Positions 9,410-21,070 of a stretch of 64,000 nucleotides of DNA are shown in pieces. The position numbers and the translations under genes were made by a program. Within the stretch, counting starts at the first letter, position 1. The number at the start of each line of letters is the position of its first letter. This DNA comes from Chloroflexota bacterium (GTDB lineage: Bacteria; Chloroflexota; Anaerolineae; Anaerolineales; UBA11858). The stretch is taken from assembly GCA_018648225.1 (NCBI GenBank), contig JABGRQ010000077.1:1066-65065 (forward strand), read 5' to 3'. Under the pieces are notes generated by a model. That model was not told where the DNA came from and ran no database searches. It saw only the letters and a list, made by a program, of their open reading frames with translations.

Positions 9410-10327
9410 TTATGCAGCCACCATGCGGCAGAATGCACACAGATCAGGCGATGCGGTGGGCTGGCCGCAGTTGGGGCAGGCAGCCAATTCGCTGGTAGTG
9501 CGCTGGGGTTCTGCGAAGAGCCCCAGCTCGCGGGCGCGCAAAAAAGAAAGGTAGAAAATTAATTTCGCGCCAGGGCGGTCCGCCTCCATGCGGTTGAGAA
9601 TTTCTTTATAGTAAATGCTCTTTGCGCCAATCGAAAAGGGGCATTCCTCGTAAATATAGTTGATGCCGCGCAAAAGTGCATAGGCAGCGGTTTCGCGTTC
9701 GTAAAAACGAAACAGGGGTTTTACCTTGCGCACCAATCCTGGATGCGCGGCCTCCAGCACCGGGCCTTGCCGTTGCAGATAATTTCCCAGCCAGAGCATC
9801 GTATTGCTGAATAAAATCGCGGCTTCATCATCCAGATTGTGGCCGGTTGCCAGTACATCGTAACCATGCTGGCGCGCCACGCGGTTCATAATATTGCGCT
9901 TGCTCACGCCACAGACAGCACAAGGTTTTTCAACCCCTTTCGGAGTGCGCTCGGCGATCTCGGGGATGCTGCTGCCGTATTCGTGTTGAATATCCACGGT
10001 GTGCAATTTGAGGCCGCGCGCCTCGGCAAATTTTTGGCTGAAGCGCAGGGATTTCCCCGAATAATTCAGACCACCATCAATGCCGAGTCCGATATACAGC
10101 CCATCGGCCTGATAGCCTGCCTCGTTGAGAATATCCCACAAGGCCAGCGAATCCTTACCCCCCGAAACCGCCACCAATATTTTATCCGCACGGCTGAACA
10201 TTTTGTACTTGGTAATAAAACGCTCGGTTTGTTGCGGCAGCCATTGCAGAAAATGCGTTTTGCACAACCCCAATTTGTGCTGGCGCATATTGATCACGGC
10301 TTTTTGGTCACACTTGCGACAGTTCAT
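9410..10327 (-). CDS. ttuA: TtuA/NcsA-like PP-loop ATPase (tRNA 2-thiolation family)
   Basis: N-terminal CRKC...CKTH zinc finger, PP-loop SGGKDS, central CAVCG, C-terminal CPNCG...CAFC finger. Confidence 0.7.
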   Translation of the reverse strand: MNCRKCDQKAVINMRQHKLGLCKTHFLQWLPQQTERFITKYKMFSRADKILVAVSGGKDSLALWDILNEAGYQADGLYIGLGIDGGLNYSGKSLRFSQKFAEARGLKLHTVDIQHEYGSSIPEIAERTPKGVEKPCAVCGVSKRNIMNRVARQHGYDVLATGHNLDDEAAILFSNTMLWLGNYLQRQGPVLEAAHPGLVRKVKPLFRFYERETAAYALLRGINYIYEECPFSIGAKSIYYKEILNRMEADRPGAKLIFYLSFLRARELGLFAEPQRTTSELAACPNCGQPTASPDLCAFCRMVAA

Positions 10328-10329
10328 AT

Positions 10330-10530
10330 TTACCCGCCAGAGATTACCGAGATCAATTTAATCACATCGTTTCGCTCGATGATTTCATCATCCGTAAGTA
10401 GTTCGCCCTGGCGTGTCGCCAGCACGGCCTCATTGGGAATCTCAAGTTTTCTGAGCGCCGAGCGCACGGTTTGCCCGGCTTTGATTTCAAATTCCTGATC
10501 GCGTAATATAATCGTTGCAGACATAGACAT
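10330..10530 (-). CDS. ThiS/MoaD/TtuB-like ubiquitin-fold sulfur carrier (66 aa, C-terminal Gly-Gly)
   Basis: The protein ends ...ISVISGG followed by the stop. The stop lies 2 nt before the ttuA-like ATG. Size and beta-grasp-like pattern fit a sulfur carrier. Confidence 0.65.
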   Translation of the reverse strand: MSMSATIILRDQEFEIKAGQTVRSALRKLEIPNEAVLATRQGELLTDDEIIERNDVIKLISVISGG

Positions 10531-10597
10531 ACGCCCATTCTACCGCGGAATGGGATGATTATTTCGGCGAAGGCATAAGCCTGAGCCGTGAGGAGAG

Positions 10598-11020
10598 ATG
10601 ATGGCGGTTGAAACGATTGTGTTGAAATTGGAAACGCGGGGAGATGCCGATATTTTGGATATTACCCCCGAAGTGGGAGAAGCGGTGCGTCGCTCGGGGT
10701 TGGCGCGTGGAACCGTGACCGTGTTCTGCCCCTCGGCCACCAGCGCCCTGACGACCATCGAGTACGAATCGGGCTGTGTTAGCGATTTGCGCCGCCTCTT
10801 CGATGAAATTGTGAATCCCGAGCGCCAGTATCAGCATAATGAAAAATGGCACGATGGGAACGGTCACTCGCATGTGCGCGCCGCGCTGCTTGGCCCCTCG
10901 CTGACGATTCCCTTTGTTGAGCAACGCCTGACGCTGGGAACCTGGCAACAAATCATCTATGTTGATTTTGATAACCGGCCCCGGCGGCGCGAATTGATTG
11001 TACAAGTTTTGGGGGAGTGA
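10598..11020 (+). CDS. YjbQ/UPF0047 family protein (secondary thiamine-phosphate synthase-like)
   Basis: GGAG RBS. Family pattern DITPEV...GTVTVFCPSATSALTTIEYE...HNEKWHDGNGHSHVRAALLG...LGTWQQI. Confidence 0.8.
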   Translation: MMAVETIVLKLETRGDADILDITPEVGEAVRRSGLARGTVTVFCPSATSALTTIEYESGCVSDLRRLFDEIVNPERQYQHNEKWHDGNGHSHVRAALLGPSLTIPFVEQRLTLGTWQQIIYVDFDNRPRRRELIVQVLGE

Positions 11021-11021
11021 A

Positions 11022-11077
11022 GCCACAGAGAATACAGAGCGCCAAAAAAAGAAAAAAAACTCTGAGCTCTCTGTGGC
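11022..11077. repeat. CCACAGAG-family hairpin between convergent genes (likely bidirectional terminator)
   Basis: GCCACAGAGAATACAGAG...A-rich loop...CTCTGAGCTCTCTGTGGC. A second copy lies at 21012-21054. Confidence 0.7.
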
Positions 11078-11082
11078 TATTT

Positions 11083-11961
11083 TTACTTCAACAGCCTGGC
11101 GTAGACCCCCAGATGATTGCCCACCGGACGCTCGCGCCCCGGGATGCTGTTGTTAATTGGAGAATTGAGTACATCCGCACCGAGCGCGCCTTCCACCACC
11201 ATTGTGGACGAGCCCCCCCCATCCAGATTCATGGCTGTCCAGCCGCCGTGGTAGGCGATGATTTCAGCCAGTTCCAGCAATGTGGCTCCTTCGGAATAAC
11301 CCGGTTGGCGTCCATCCACAACCACGAAGATCAAGTAGCGATTGGCGCGATCCAGTGCCACGGCTGTGCGCGGCTCGGGGGAACCTTCCAGCCCGGCGAT
11401 AGGCTCACCTTTATTGAGCAGCATTAAATTGCCCGAGATGGCATTATAGATTTTGCTGGTAGGGGCATTGAAGCGCGCCCCGTTGTTGATCGCCAGATAC
11501 AGGGTTGGTTCTTTATCAGTATCTTGCGAATAGGTGATTTCCTCAGAAGCCGCAAAACCAATTGGGGCCACGCGGTCGCCCACATGGGGGTAGTAGTCTA
11601 AAAAAGTGCGTGAATGCCAGGGTTCAAAACCATCGCCGTTGATGGCGATTTGCAGATCAAAATTATTCAGAAATTGGGAGGTGGTGCGTGCCTTGAGGGG
11701 TAATTCTTCCTCGGGATTTCCCGGCGTAACCAGCAGGCGAATGCCCTCGGCGCGCAAGTCGATTTTGATAACGTGGATCACCATGCGCCGCGGCGAACTG
11801 CGAATATCACGGATATATTCCACGCCTTGATAGAGCATTTTCTGTGTGGGTTGCGGGCGCACGCGCCGCACGTACCACATCCCGCCGATGATGGCTAAAA
11901 TAACAAACCCTAGCGCAAATATCGCGCAACAGGGCGTAAAAACTCTCTTGACTTTATTCAT
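11083..11961 (-). CDS. Phosphodiester glycosidase family protein (DUF2233/NAGPA-like), N-terminal membrane anchor
   Basis: N-terminal TM helix, INGDGF, and AMNLDGGGSSTM typical of the family. Confidence 0.65.
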   Translation of the reverse strand: MNKVKRVFTPCCAIFALGFVILAIIGGMWYVRRVRPQPTQKMLYQGVEYIRDIRSSPRRMVIHVIKIDLRAEGIRLLVTPGNPEEELPLKARTTSQFLNNFDLQIAINGDGFEPWHSRTFLDYYPHVGDRVAPIGFAASEEITYSQDTDKEPTLYLAINNGARFNAPTSKIYNAISGNLMLLNKGEPIAGLEGSPEPRTAVALDRANRYLIFVVVDGRQPGYSEGATLLELAEIIAYHGGWTAMNLDGGGSSTMVVEGALGADVLNSPINNSIPGRERPVGNHLGVYARLLK

Positions 11962-11977
11962 AACACTCTCTAATTAT

Positions 11978-12078
11978 GTCATACTGAGATCGCAGGCCGA
12001 AGCATCTAGCGCAGCGAAAAACTCAATACTTTGGCAATTTTGCGCTTTGCAGGACCCTTCGCGATCGCTCAGGGTGAC
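11978..12078. repeat. GTCA-CTGAG...GAAG family inverted repeat
   Basis: GTCATACTGAGATCGCAGGCCGAAGCATC at 11978 is opposed by GGACCCTTCGCGATCGCTCAGGGTGAC ending at 12078. The left half is homologous to 34478-34530. Confidence 0.7.
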
Positions 12079-12099
12079 GACTTATCCTTGTTGTCTTTG

Positions 12100-13143
12100 C
12101 TACTGTTCCCACTCCAGAAACGCTTCAAGAATGCGGAAATTTTGTTCGAAATCCGTATCGCGGTGATTGGTGAGTTCAATATCCACCGCGGGGATGCCCG
12201 CATTTGAAGCCCAGTCGATCAGTTGCCCAGTGAATGTGCAGCTCGTATCGATGGGTGGATACGGGTAATTGCTCACTGCGGCAAGGGATTCTGCCAGGCG
12301 GATTGAGTCTGAATCTGGGGGTTGTCCGCCTGCAAAGATGCCTAACGCTGCGCTGTGATAACTGATAAGCGCTTCGATTCGATGTGTGAGCATAAAATCC
12401 ATCAGGGCAGTGGTTTCTGGCTCCGAAGCGGCGCGTGGCCCGGCGCTGATCGGTCCATAATCCCAACAGCCGTTGCGTGACCATTCGGCTTGCCAAAGGG
12501 CGGGGAAGTTGCGATTGAGGTCAACCCCATTGGCATTGGCGCGGCCATCGACATTGTGGGAACGCGCTTCGCCATCCGGGTTGAAGGCGCGTAATATATA
12601 GAGCCGCATGTCCGCAGGGATGATTTCGGGATGCTGCCCGATATAGGCGATTAACTCATCCGCCAGCGCAACGGTATTCCATTCGTAGCCGCCATGAATC
12701 CCGGCAATAATCAAATGCTCGCGGGAGCCAGAGCCAAAGGCAAAGATTTCCAGCGGACGGCCATTGACAGAGTGCCCGATCACGGTTGGCAAAGTTGTGC
12801 GCGGCGTGGCCGATGGGTTGCGCGTACGCGTGGGAAAATTCAGGGTTGCGCTGGGTTGCGGGGTACTGCTGGGAAGTGGCGTTGGGCTGGGAACGACGGT
12901 ATCGCTTGGAACGGGAGTAGGGCTGGGTTCAAGCGTTACAGATGCAACGACTGGGGTAATTTCTACGTTATTCTGTGTGGAAGATAGCTGCATTGGCTGT
13001 TGCGATAAGACTGCATTGGTTCCGTTTTGCCACCAAATCGCCGCGCCTAGGCCAACGAATAATATCAGCACCAGCCCCCAAATTGAGGACACAATCACAC
13101 GCAGGGAGCGGTTTTTGTCGTTTCTGCGTTTTTGCATTAGCAC
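12100..13143 (-). CDS. M14-family zinc carboxypeptidase with membrane anchor and Pro/Thr/Ser-rich linker
   Basis: GIHGGYEWNT, DLNRNFP and YHSAA motifs. N-terminal TM helix and a PSPTPVPSDTVVPSPTPLPSSTPQPS linker. Confidence 0.8.
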   Translation of the reverse strand: MLMQKRRNDKNRSLRVIVSSIWGLVLILFVGLGAAIWWQNGTNAVLSQQPMQLSSTQNNVEITPVVASVTLEPSPTPVPSDTVVPSPTPLPSSTPQPSATLNFPTRTRNPSATPRTTLPTVIGHSVNGRPLEIFAFGSGSREHLIIAGIHGGYEWNTVALADELIAYIGQHPEIIPADMRLYILRAFNPDGEARSHNVDGRANANGVDLNRNFPALWQAEWSRNGCWDYGPISAGPRAASEPETTALMDFMLTHRIEALISYHSAALGIFAGGQPPDSDSIRLAESLAAVSNYPYPPIDTSCTFTGQLIDWASNAGIPAVDIELTNHRDTDFEQNFRILEAFLEWEQ

Positions 13144-13191
13144 TTCAATATTGGTAACTGCTCAGGCTAACGCCTTCGCAGATAGAATTCC

Positions 13192-13243
13192 AAAAAAGGG
13201 GGTGTGCCTGGGGGCGTACGCCCCCAGGCACACCCCCTTTTTT
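13192..13243. terminator. Perfect palindromic intrinsic terminator (A6 - 19-bp GC stem - T6)
   Basis: AAAAAA GGGGGTGTGCCTGGGGGCG TA CGCCCCCAGGCACACCCCC TTTTTT. It lies downstream of the minus-strand DUF1385 gene. Confidence 0.8.
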
Positions 13244-13388
13244 GGCCTCTTTTTGTTTGAGGCTGAGCAGTCACAAATAGTGACCCTAAAAGTTTTCGGC
13301 TGAGGACCCATCCGTTCAGCAAATTTGGGGCCGTATGAACAGAGTAGCACGGCTCTCTTTGCAAACCTTTGGGCTCGACTTCAGGGAG

Positions 13389-14270
13389 TCAGACGACAAT
13401 ATCCAGTTCTTTAGCGCGCATCGCCTCAAAGGCTGCGATACCTACTTCAATAATCTCCAGCGAAGGCTCGCGCGTGGTCAGGCGTTGCAAGGCCAGATTG
13501 GGTTTTATCATCCAGCGCACGAACGCCGAATCGAGGTGATTGGCTGTCCAGCGGATATATTCATAGGCAATACCTGCCAAAACCGGAATCAACGCCACAC
13601 GGCTCAAAAGCCGCGCTGCCAGGGTCTGATTGCCGAGCAACGAGTAAATCAGCACCGAGAGCAGCATGAGCGTGAGTAAAAAGGCGGTGCCGCAACGCGG
13701 GTGCTCAATCGATTGTTGGGCGACATTTTCTGGCGTTAGTTCAATATTACATTCAAAGGCGTTGATGGTTTTGTGTTCAGCGCCGTGATACATGAAGACG
13801 CGTTTGATATCCGGCATCAGGCCAATGAGACCAACATAACCGATCAATAGCGCCAGCCGCACAAACCCTTCGGCCAAATTGCTCACCCAGGGTTGCACGC
13901 CCCACCACCGCTCTACCAAATTCCCCACCGTGGCCGGGGCGATGAAGAAGAGCACGATCGAAAACGTCAGCGAGAAAGCCAGAGTCAGGTACAACGCCGG
14001 GCCTTCGAGTTGTTCATCCTCCCCGGTTTGGGCGTTTGCCGAAATCGTCAGGGCGCGCATGCCCAATCCCAGCGCATCCCAGAGCAATATCAGGCCGCGC
14101 AGAAAGGGGATTTTTGAGATTTTACTTTTATAGATGCCGCCAAGCTCTTCGGTATGGATGATGATTTTCTGATCGGGATCGCGCATGGCAATCGCCACTG
14201 AGCTTGCTCCGCGCATCATCACGCCTTCAATAACGGCCTGGCCCCCGTAGCTGGGTAATTTATCGCTCAT
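13389..14270 (-). CDS. DUF1385 (YqhQ-like) membrane protein
   Basis: GGQAVIEGVMMRG start motif, HGAEHKTINA, and multiple TM helices. There is a 4-nt ATGA overlap with the upstream M20 gene. Confidence 0.8.
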   Translation of the reverse strand: MSDKLPSYGGQAVIEGVMMRGASSVAIAMRDPDQKIIIHTEELGGIYKSKISKIPFLRGLILLWDALGLGMRALTISANAQTGEDEQLEGPALYLTLAFSLTFSIVLFFIAPATVGNLVERWWGVQPWVSNLAEGFVRLALLIGYVGLIGLMPDIKRVFMYHGAEHKTINAFECNIELTPENVAQQSIEHPRCGTAFLLTLMLLSVLIYSLLGNQTLAARLLSRVALIPVLAGIAYEYIRWTANHLDSAFVRWMIKPNLALQRLTTREPSLEIIEVGIAAFEAMRAKELDIVV

Positions 14271-15649
14271 GATCCCGCCAGATTGAAGAAAAAGTGAATG
14301 AGTGCATTAATGCCGGTGTACCAAGTAGGCAAGTGCAACTTTTCGTTGGGGCCGTGCATATTGTCGGAAGGCAGGCCAAAACCAATATTGACCGATTCGA
14401 CGCCCAAAATTTCCTGGAAGGATGTGACGACCGGAACGCTGCCGCCTTCGCGCTTGAAGAGAGGTTTGACATTCCAGGCGGATTCGGCGGCTTGCAGATA
14501 GGCCTGCGCCCAGCGGGAATCACGGCTGCTGATTGATGCGGGCGCGCTTGCCATCTCGACGACTTCCCACCTAACCGTGGGGGGCGCGTGTTCCTCAAGA
14601 TAGTGCCATAATTGTTGGTGAACCTCATCGGGGTCCTGATCGGGTACCAGACGGCAAGAGATTTTCGCCATCGCATAGGCAGGCAGCACTGTTTTCGAGC
14701 CTTCGCCGGTGAAACCGGAGACCATGCCATTGACTTCCAATGTGGGGCGGGCACCAACTTGTTCTACGGGGGTGTACCCCTCCTCGCCAAACAGGGCAGG
14801 CGCGCCCGTATTGTGCATAAACCACTCAGCGGTGATCGGCAGGCGGGCCAGTTCGGCGCGCTCATCTTCAGAGAGCGGACGCACACTGTTGTAAAAATCC
14901 GGCAACGTAACGCGCCCTTTTTCATCATGCATCCCGGCGATCAGGTCGGCCAACACTTGTGCGGGGTTGTGTACAGCGCCGCCAAAAACACCTGAATGCA
15001 AATCGTGTGCAGGCCCCCACAAACGCAGTTCGAAATAGGCCAGCCCGCGCAGCGCGTAGGTGATGGTTGGCAGGCCTGGGGCGATCATACCGGTATCGGG
15101 GTTGAGGGCGAAATCGCAAGCCAGCATGTCTTTGTATTCTTCCATGAACTTGGGTAAATTCGGCGAGCCGATTTCTTCTTCGCCTTCGATCATGAATTTT
15201 ATATTGACGGGAAGTTTGCTGGTACGAATGATCGCTTCAGCCGCGTTGATGGTGGCGTCAACCTGGGCTTTCATGTCGGAAGCGCCGCGGGCATAGAGAT
15301 TTTCGCCGCGTATTTGTGGCTCAAAGGGGGCCGAATCCCATTTGTCGAGCGGCTCGGCGGGTTGTACGTCATAGTGGCCGTAGATCAGCACCGTGGGCGC
15401 ATCCGCTCCGGCAGAGAGATTTTCAGCATATACAACCGGATGGCGTGCCGTGGGGTAAATCTTGATATTCGCAAAATCCAGCGCCTTCAGGCGGTTGGCA
15501 ACCCATTTGGCGGTTTTTTGCACGTCAGCAGCCCGCTCTGGGTCAGTGGATACCGAAGGAATTGCCGAGAAGGCAATCAGATCATCCAGAAAGCGTTGTT
15601 TTTGTTCCTGGGCATACTTTAGCGCAGCATTGCGCAATTCTGTTCTCAT
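14267..15649 (-). CDS. M20-family dipeptidase/deacylase
   Basis: GGAG RBS before the ATG at 15649. IYGHYDVQPA, GASDMKA, MIEGEEEIGS. The track start at 15742 is an unsupported extension. Confidence 0.85.
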   Translation of the reverse strand: MRTELRNAALKYAQEQKQRFLDDLIAFSAIPSVSTDPERAADVQKTAKWVANRLKALDFANIKIYPTARHPVVYAENLSAGADAPTVLIYGHYDVQPAEPLDKWDSAPFEPQIRGENLYARGASDMKAQVDATINAAEAIIRTSKLPVNIKFMIEGEEEIGSPNLPKFMEEYKDMLACDFALNPDTGMIAPGLPTITYALRGLAYFELRLWGPAHDLHSGVFGGAVHNPAQVLADLIAGMHDEKGRVTLPDFYNSVRPLSEDERAELARLPITAEWFMHNTGAPALFGEEGYTPVEQVGARPTLEVNGMVSGFTGEGSKTVLPAYAMAKISCRLVPDQDPDEVHQQLWHYLEEHAPPTVRWEVVEMASAPASISSRDSRWAQAYLQAAESAWNVKPLFKREGGSVPVVTSFQEILGVESVNIGFGLPSDNMHGPNEKLHLPTWYTGINALIHFFFNLAGS

Positions 15650-15686
15650 GTATAAATCTCCATTAACTCTATATTGAAAAAAGCTA

Positions 15687-15766
15687 ACGCAAGGGCGCAA
15701 AGTGACAAAGCCGCAAAGGGAAAAATACCGAATTCTTTGCAACTTTGTTTCTTGGCGGCTTTGCGT
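15687..15766. repeat. ACGCAAAG-family hairpin repeat
   Basis: ACGCAAGGGCGCAAAGTGACAAAGCCGCAAAGG...CTTTGCAACTTTGTTTCTTGGCGGCTTTGCGT. Related copies lie at 28868 and 31974. Confidence 0.7.
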
Positions 15767-15774
15767 ATTTATAT

Positions 15775-16530
15775 TTAATCGTCCTCGTCGCCTTCGCCTG
15801 CTCCTTGCGGGCGGCCATCCGTGTGAATGGATAGTAAATCGCCCAGCAACTTTGAGCGCACCCAGGGGGTAAGATTGCTGGTTACTTCATCAAATTGCAT
15901 TGCCGTTGCCCACACCTGTGACCGGTAACGGCTGGCGTCGCAGCTATCCACAGGAACAACATAGTTGCCATCCATGTGAATGGCGGTGTGTTTACCATCA
16001 AAGATGATCTGAGTCACCTGCAAATTGGATGGGTACGTAGCGTTATATAGACCGCCAGAATATTGCCCCGCCCGGAACAAAGTATTGATTGCGATCGTAA
16101 GATCGGCAGCGAGATCGCCACTGCGCACATGCCCCGACCAGAGTTGAATTAACGTATCTCCGCAGCCGATTATGCCGCCGGTATCTCGCGCGACTAAATA
16201 AATCAAAATTGCGTTTTCGGGGATGAAATTTGCGGGCAGCAGCGTAGGGGTCGCCGTAGCTGTGGGTGTAAACGTCTGTGTGGGTGTATAGGTCAGCGTG
16301 GGGCTGGGCGTAAAGGTGACTGTTGCCGTTGATGTTGCTGAAAGCACTACCATTTGGGCCGTTTCGGTCAATTCGGTTGAAACAGTTTCCATGGCTTCGG
16401 CGACAGCCGTTTTCATATCAGTTGTGGCAGTTGGGACAACCGTTGGCTCAGACAGCGAAAATGAACATGCTGTAAGAAGCAACGATAATGTCAATATGAA
16501 AAAAAGAGACTTTTGTGAAGAGTTTTTCAT
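15775..16530 (-). CDS. Secreted lipoprotein with Thr/Pro-rich linker, unknown function (GerMN-like C-terminal region possible)
   Basis: Signal peptide plus lipobox (LSLLLTACS) and a TATVTFTPSPTLTYTPTQTFTPTATATPT linker. The ORF is coherent. Confidence 0.55.
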   Translation of the reverse strand: MKNSSQKSLFFILTLSLLLTACSFSLSEPTVVPTATTDMKTAVAEAMETVSTELTETAQMVVLSATSTATVTFTPSPTLTYTPTQTFTPTATATPTLLPANFIPENAILIYLVARDTGGIIGCGDTLIQLWSGHVRSGDLAADLTIAINTLFRAGQYSGGLYNATYPSNLQVTQIIFDGKHTAIHMDGNYVVPVDSCDASRYRSQVWATAMQFDEVTSNLTPWVRSKLLGDLLSIHTDGRPQGAGEGDEDD

Positions 16531-16726
16531 CGAGCTAGATTATATCGCTTTTTGGAAATTCGGCGTTTATTTTCAAAAATTCTCCCCGCAACGATCGAAA
16601 CATGCTAAAATAGCCCTAATATTGGATCGGCGGTCGTCGCAGACATTTTCTGTGGCGGCGTCGGGTTCCGACCAGCCTGGACGAAAAGTGCCGCCGGATT
16701 TATTATATTTCTGGTCGCCGATCCCT

Positions 16727-17611
16727 ATGAACCTTTGGAAAAACTATCATAACGCGCGTTCCGTGCAAGATGCGTTACAGGCTCTCAGCGCCGCACCCGG
16801 TGATGCCAGCCTGATCGCAGGAGGTACCGACCTGCTGCTCGACCTTCAGCAGGGCCGTCATGCCCCCGTCCACACGCTTGTGGATATAACCGCCATCCCC
16901 GAAATGACAGCACTCGAAATTCGAGAAGGGGAACTCTATATTGGTGCTGCCGTCCCTCACGCCCAGATTACCCAATCGAAAATTGTAAACCAACACGCCG
17001 CCGCGCTGGCTACAGCCAGTGGTCTGGTTGGCGGCCCCCAGGTGCGCAATACTGCCACTTTAGGCGGCAATGTTGCCCACGCGCTGCCCGCTGCCGATGG
17101 CACGATTGCCTTAGTCGCGCTGGATGCACAGGCTGTGATCGCCAGCTCTGCCGGGACTCGCCGCCTCCCGTTGGAAGAACTCTTCCTCGGGCCGGGACGC
17201 TCAGCCCTAGAGCCGCGCGGGGAACTCCTGGTTGGGTTTTATCTCCCCCTCAAGGGAATCCAGCAAGCCTCGGCCTTTAAGCGTATCATGCGCCCTCAGG
17301 GAGTTGCCATTGCTATCTTAAATACCGCCGTCTGGCTTCATCGAGAAGGGGACACCATCGCCGATGTACGTATCGCGATCGGGCCATCGGGACCAGTGCC
17401 GCGCCGCTTGCGTCAGGCCGAAGACGCCTTGCGCGGACAAACCTTTGGCCCAGAAGCCATCCAGGCTGGGATTGACGGGGCACAAGCTGAAGCCAATTTC
17501 CGCACCAGCCGCCACCGCTCGACGAAAGAATATCGTCAAAAAATGGCGGGCGTTTTGCTGGAAGATACATTGAATATGGCCTGGCGCGATGCCGGGAAAG
17601 CGGGTAACTGA
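16727..17611 (+). CDS. XDH-family molybdenum hydroxylase, FAD-binding (medium) subunit, set 1 (YgfM/CoxM-like)
   Basis: ATG at 16727. LIAGGTDLLLDL and ATLGGNVAHA FAD motifs, and C-terminal SRHRSTKEYRQKMAG. The track start at 16298 runs antisense into the neighbouring gene. Confidence 0.85.
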   Translation: MNLWKNYHNARSVQDALQALSAAPGDASLIAGGTDLLLDLQQGRHAPVHTLVDITAIPEMTALEIREGELYIGAAVPHAQITQSKIVNQHAAALATASGLVGGPQVRNTATLGGNVAHALPAADGTIALVALDAQAVIASSAGTRRLPLEELFLGPGRSALEPRGELLVGFYLPLKGIQQASAFKRIMRPQGVAIAILNTAVWLHREGDTIADVRIAIGPSGPVPRRLRQAEDALRGQTFGPEAIQAGIDGAQAEANFRTSRHRSTKEYRQKMAGVLLEDTLNMAWRDAGKAGN

Positions 17612-17612
17612 G

Positions 17613-20450
<2,838 letters not shown>

Positions 20451-20525
20451 GTAATCAGGTAATTTGGGGTTTGGTTCTCTCAAATTTCTAGTTACCCAAT
20501 CCATAAGCACCTGTTATATATTTCC

Positions 20526-21011
20526 ATGACCCAATCCCCTCTCACTGAAATTTCAGTGAACTTGCCAGGCAAAATCTACCGCAGCGCGATGCCGTTTAGC
20601 AATTACGATCGGCTGGGCGAAGTTTGGCTTGCTTATCAGACCGCGAATGTCAAAGTTGTGGTTGTACTGACCGAAAAGCAAGAATATCTAGTACGCGCGC
20701 AGCGCGATTTACCTGCGTTCTACCATCAGGCTGGTATGGAAGTCATCGCGTACCCCATTCGCGACTATCACACCCCGGATGATCCTGAAGCATTTGCGGC
20801 TGTATTGCAAGCAGCCCATGCATATCTCATTGCCGGGCGCAATGTTGCCGTTCACTGTATGGCTGGCATTGGCCGCACAGGTATCTTCCTGGCGTGCCTC
20901 TCCCGGCTCGTACTGCAACTCGACGGTTCGGCTGCCATCCAATGGGTACGCGGCTACATCCCCGAAGCTTTGGAAAACGAAGAACAAGAAAACTTTGTAC
21001 TGAATTATTAG
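20526..21011 (+). CDS. Cys-based protein-tyrosine/dual-specificity phosphatase-like protein
   Basis: HCMAGIGRTG is the HCX5R(S/T) P-loop. The protein is 161 aa. Confidence 0.7.
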   Translation: MTQSPLTEISVNLPGKIYRSAMPFSNYDRLGEVWLAYQTANVKVVVVLTEKQEYLVRAQRDLPAFYHQAGMEVIAYPIRDYHTPDDPEAFAAVLQAAHAYLIAGRNVAVHCMAGIGRTGIFLACLSRLVLQLDGSAAIQWVRGYIPEALENEEQENFVLNY

Positions 21012-21054
21012 GCCACAGAGCGCACAGAGAGAAAACCTCGGTGTTGTCTGTGGC
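21012..21054. repeat. CCACAGAG-family hairpin
   Basis: GCCACAGAGCGCACAGAGAGAAAACCTCGGTGTTGTCTGTGGC begins immediately after the TAG stop. Confidence 0.7.
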
Positions 21055-21070
21055 AAACTTGGAGAACCCT

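Noticed and set aside
16298-16726. N-terminal extension of the set 1 FAD-subunit ORF in the track (437 aa versus 294 aa)
   Set aside because: The extension runs antisense through the lipoprotein gene and the intergenic leader. The conserved FAD-subunit sequence begins at the ATG at 16727.
20894-21070. Upstream extension of the ssnA-like ORF. Analogous track extensions occur at 5028, 6052, 15742, 28009, 34474, 39490, 53090, 56556, 59060, 60462 and 61699.
   Set aside because: The extensions overlap the preceding gene or a repeat element and lack family similarity. Internal starts with GGAG-type RBS coincide with the start of the conserved domains.
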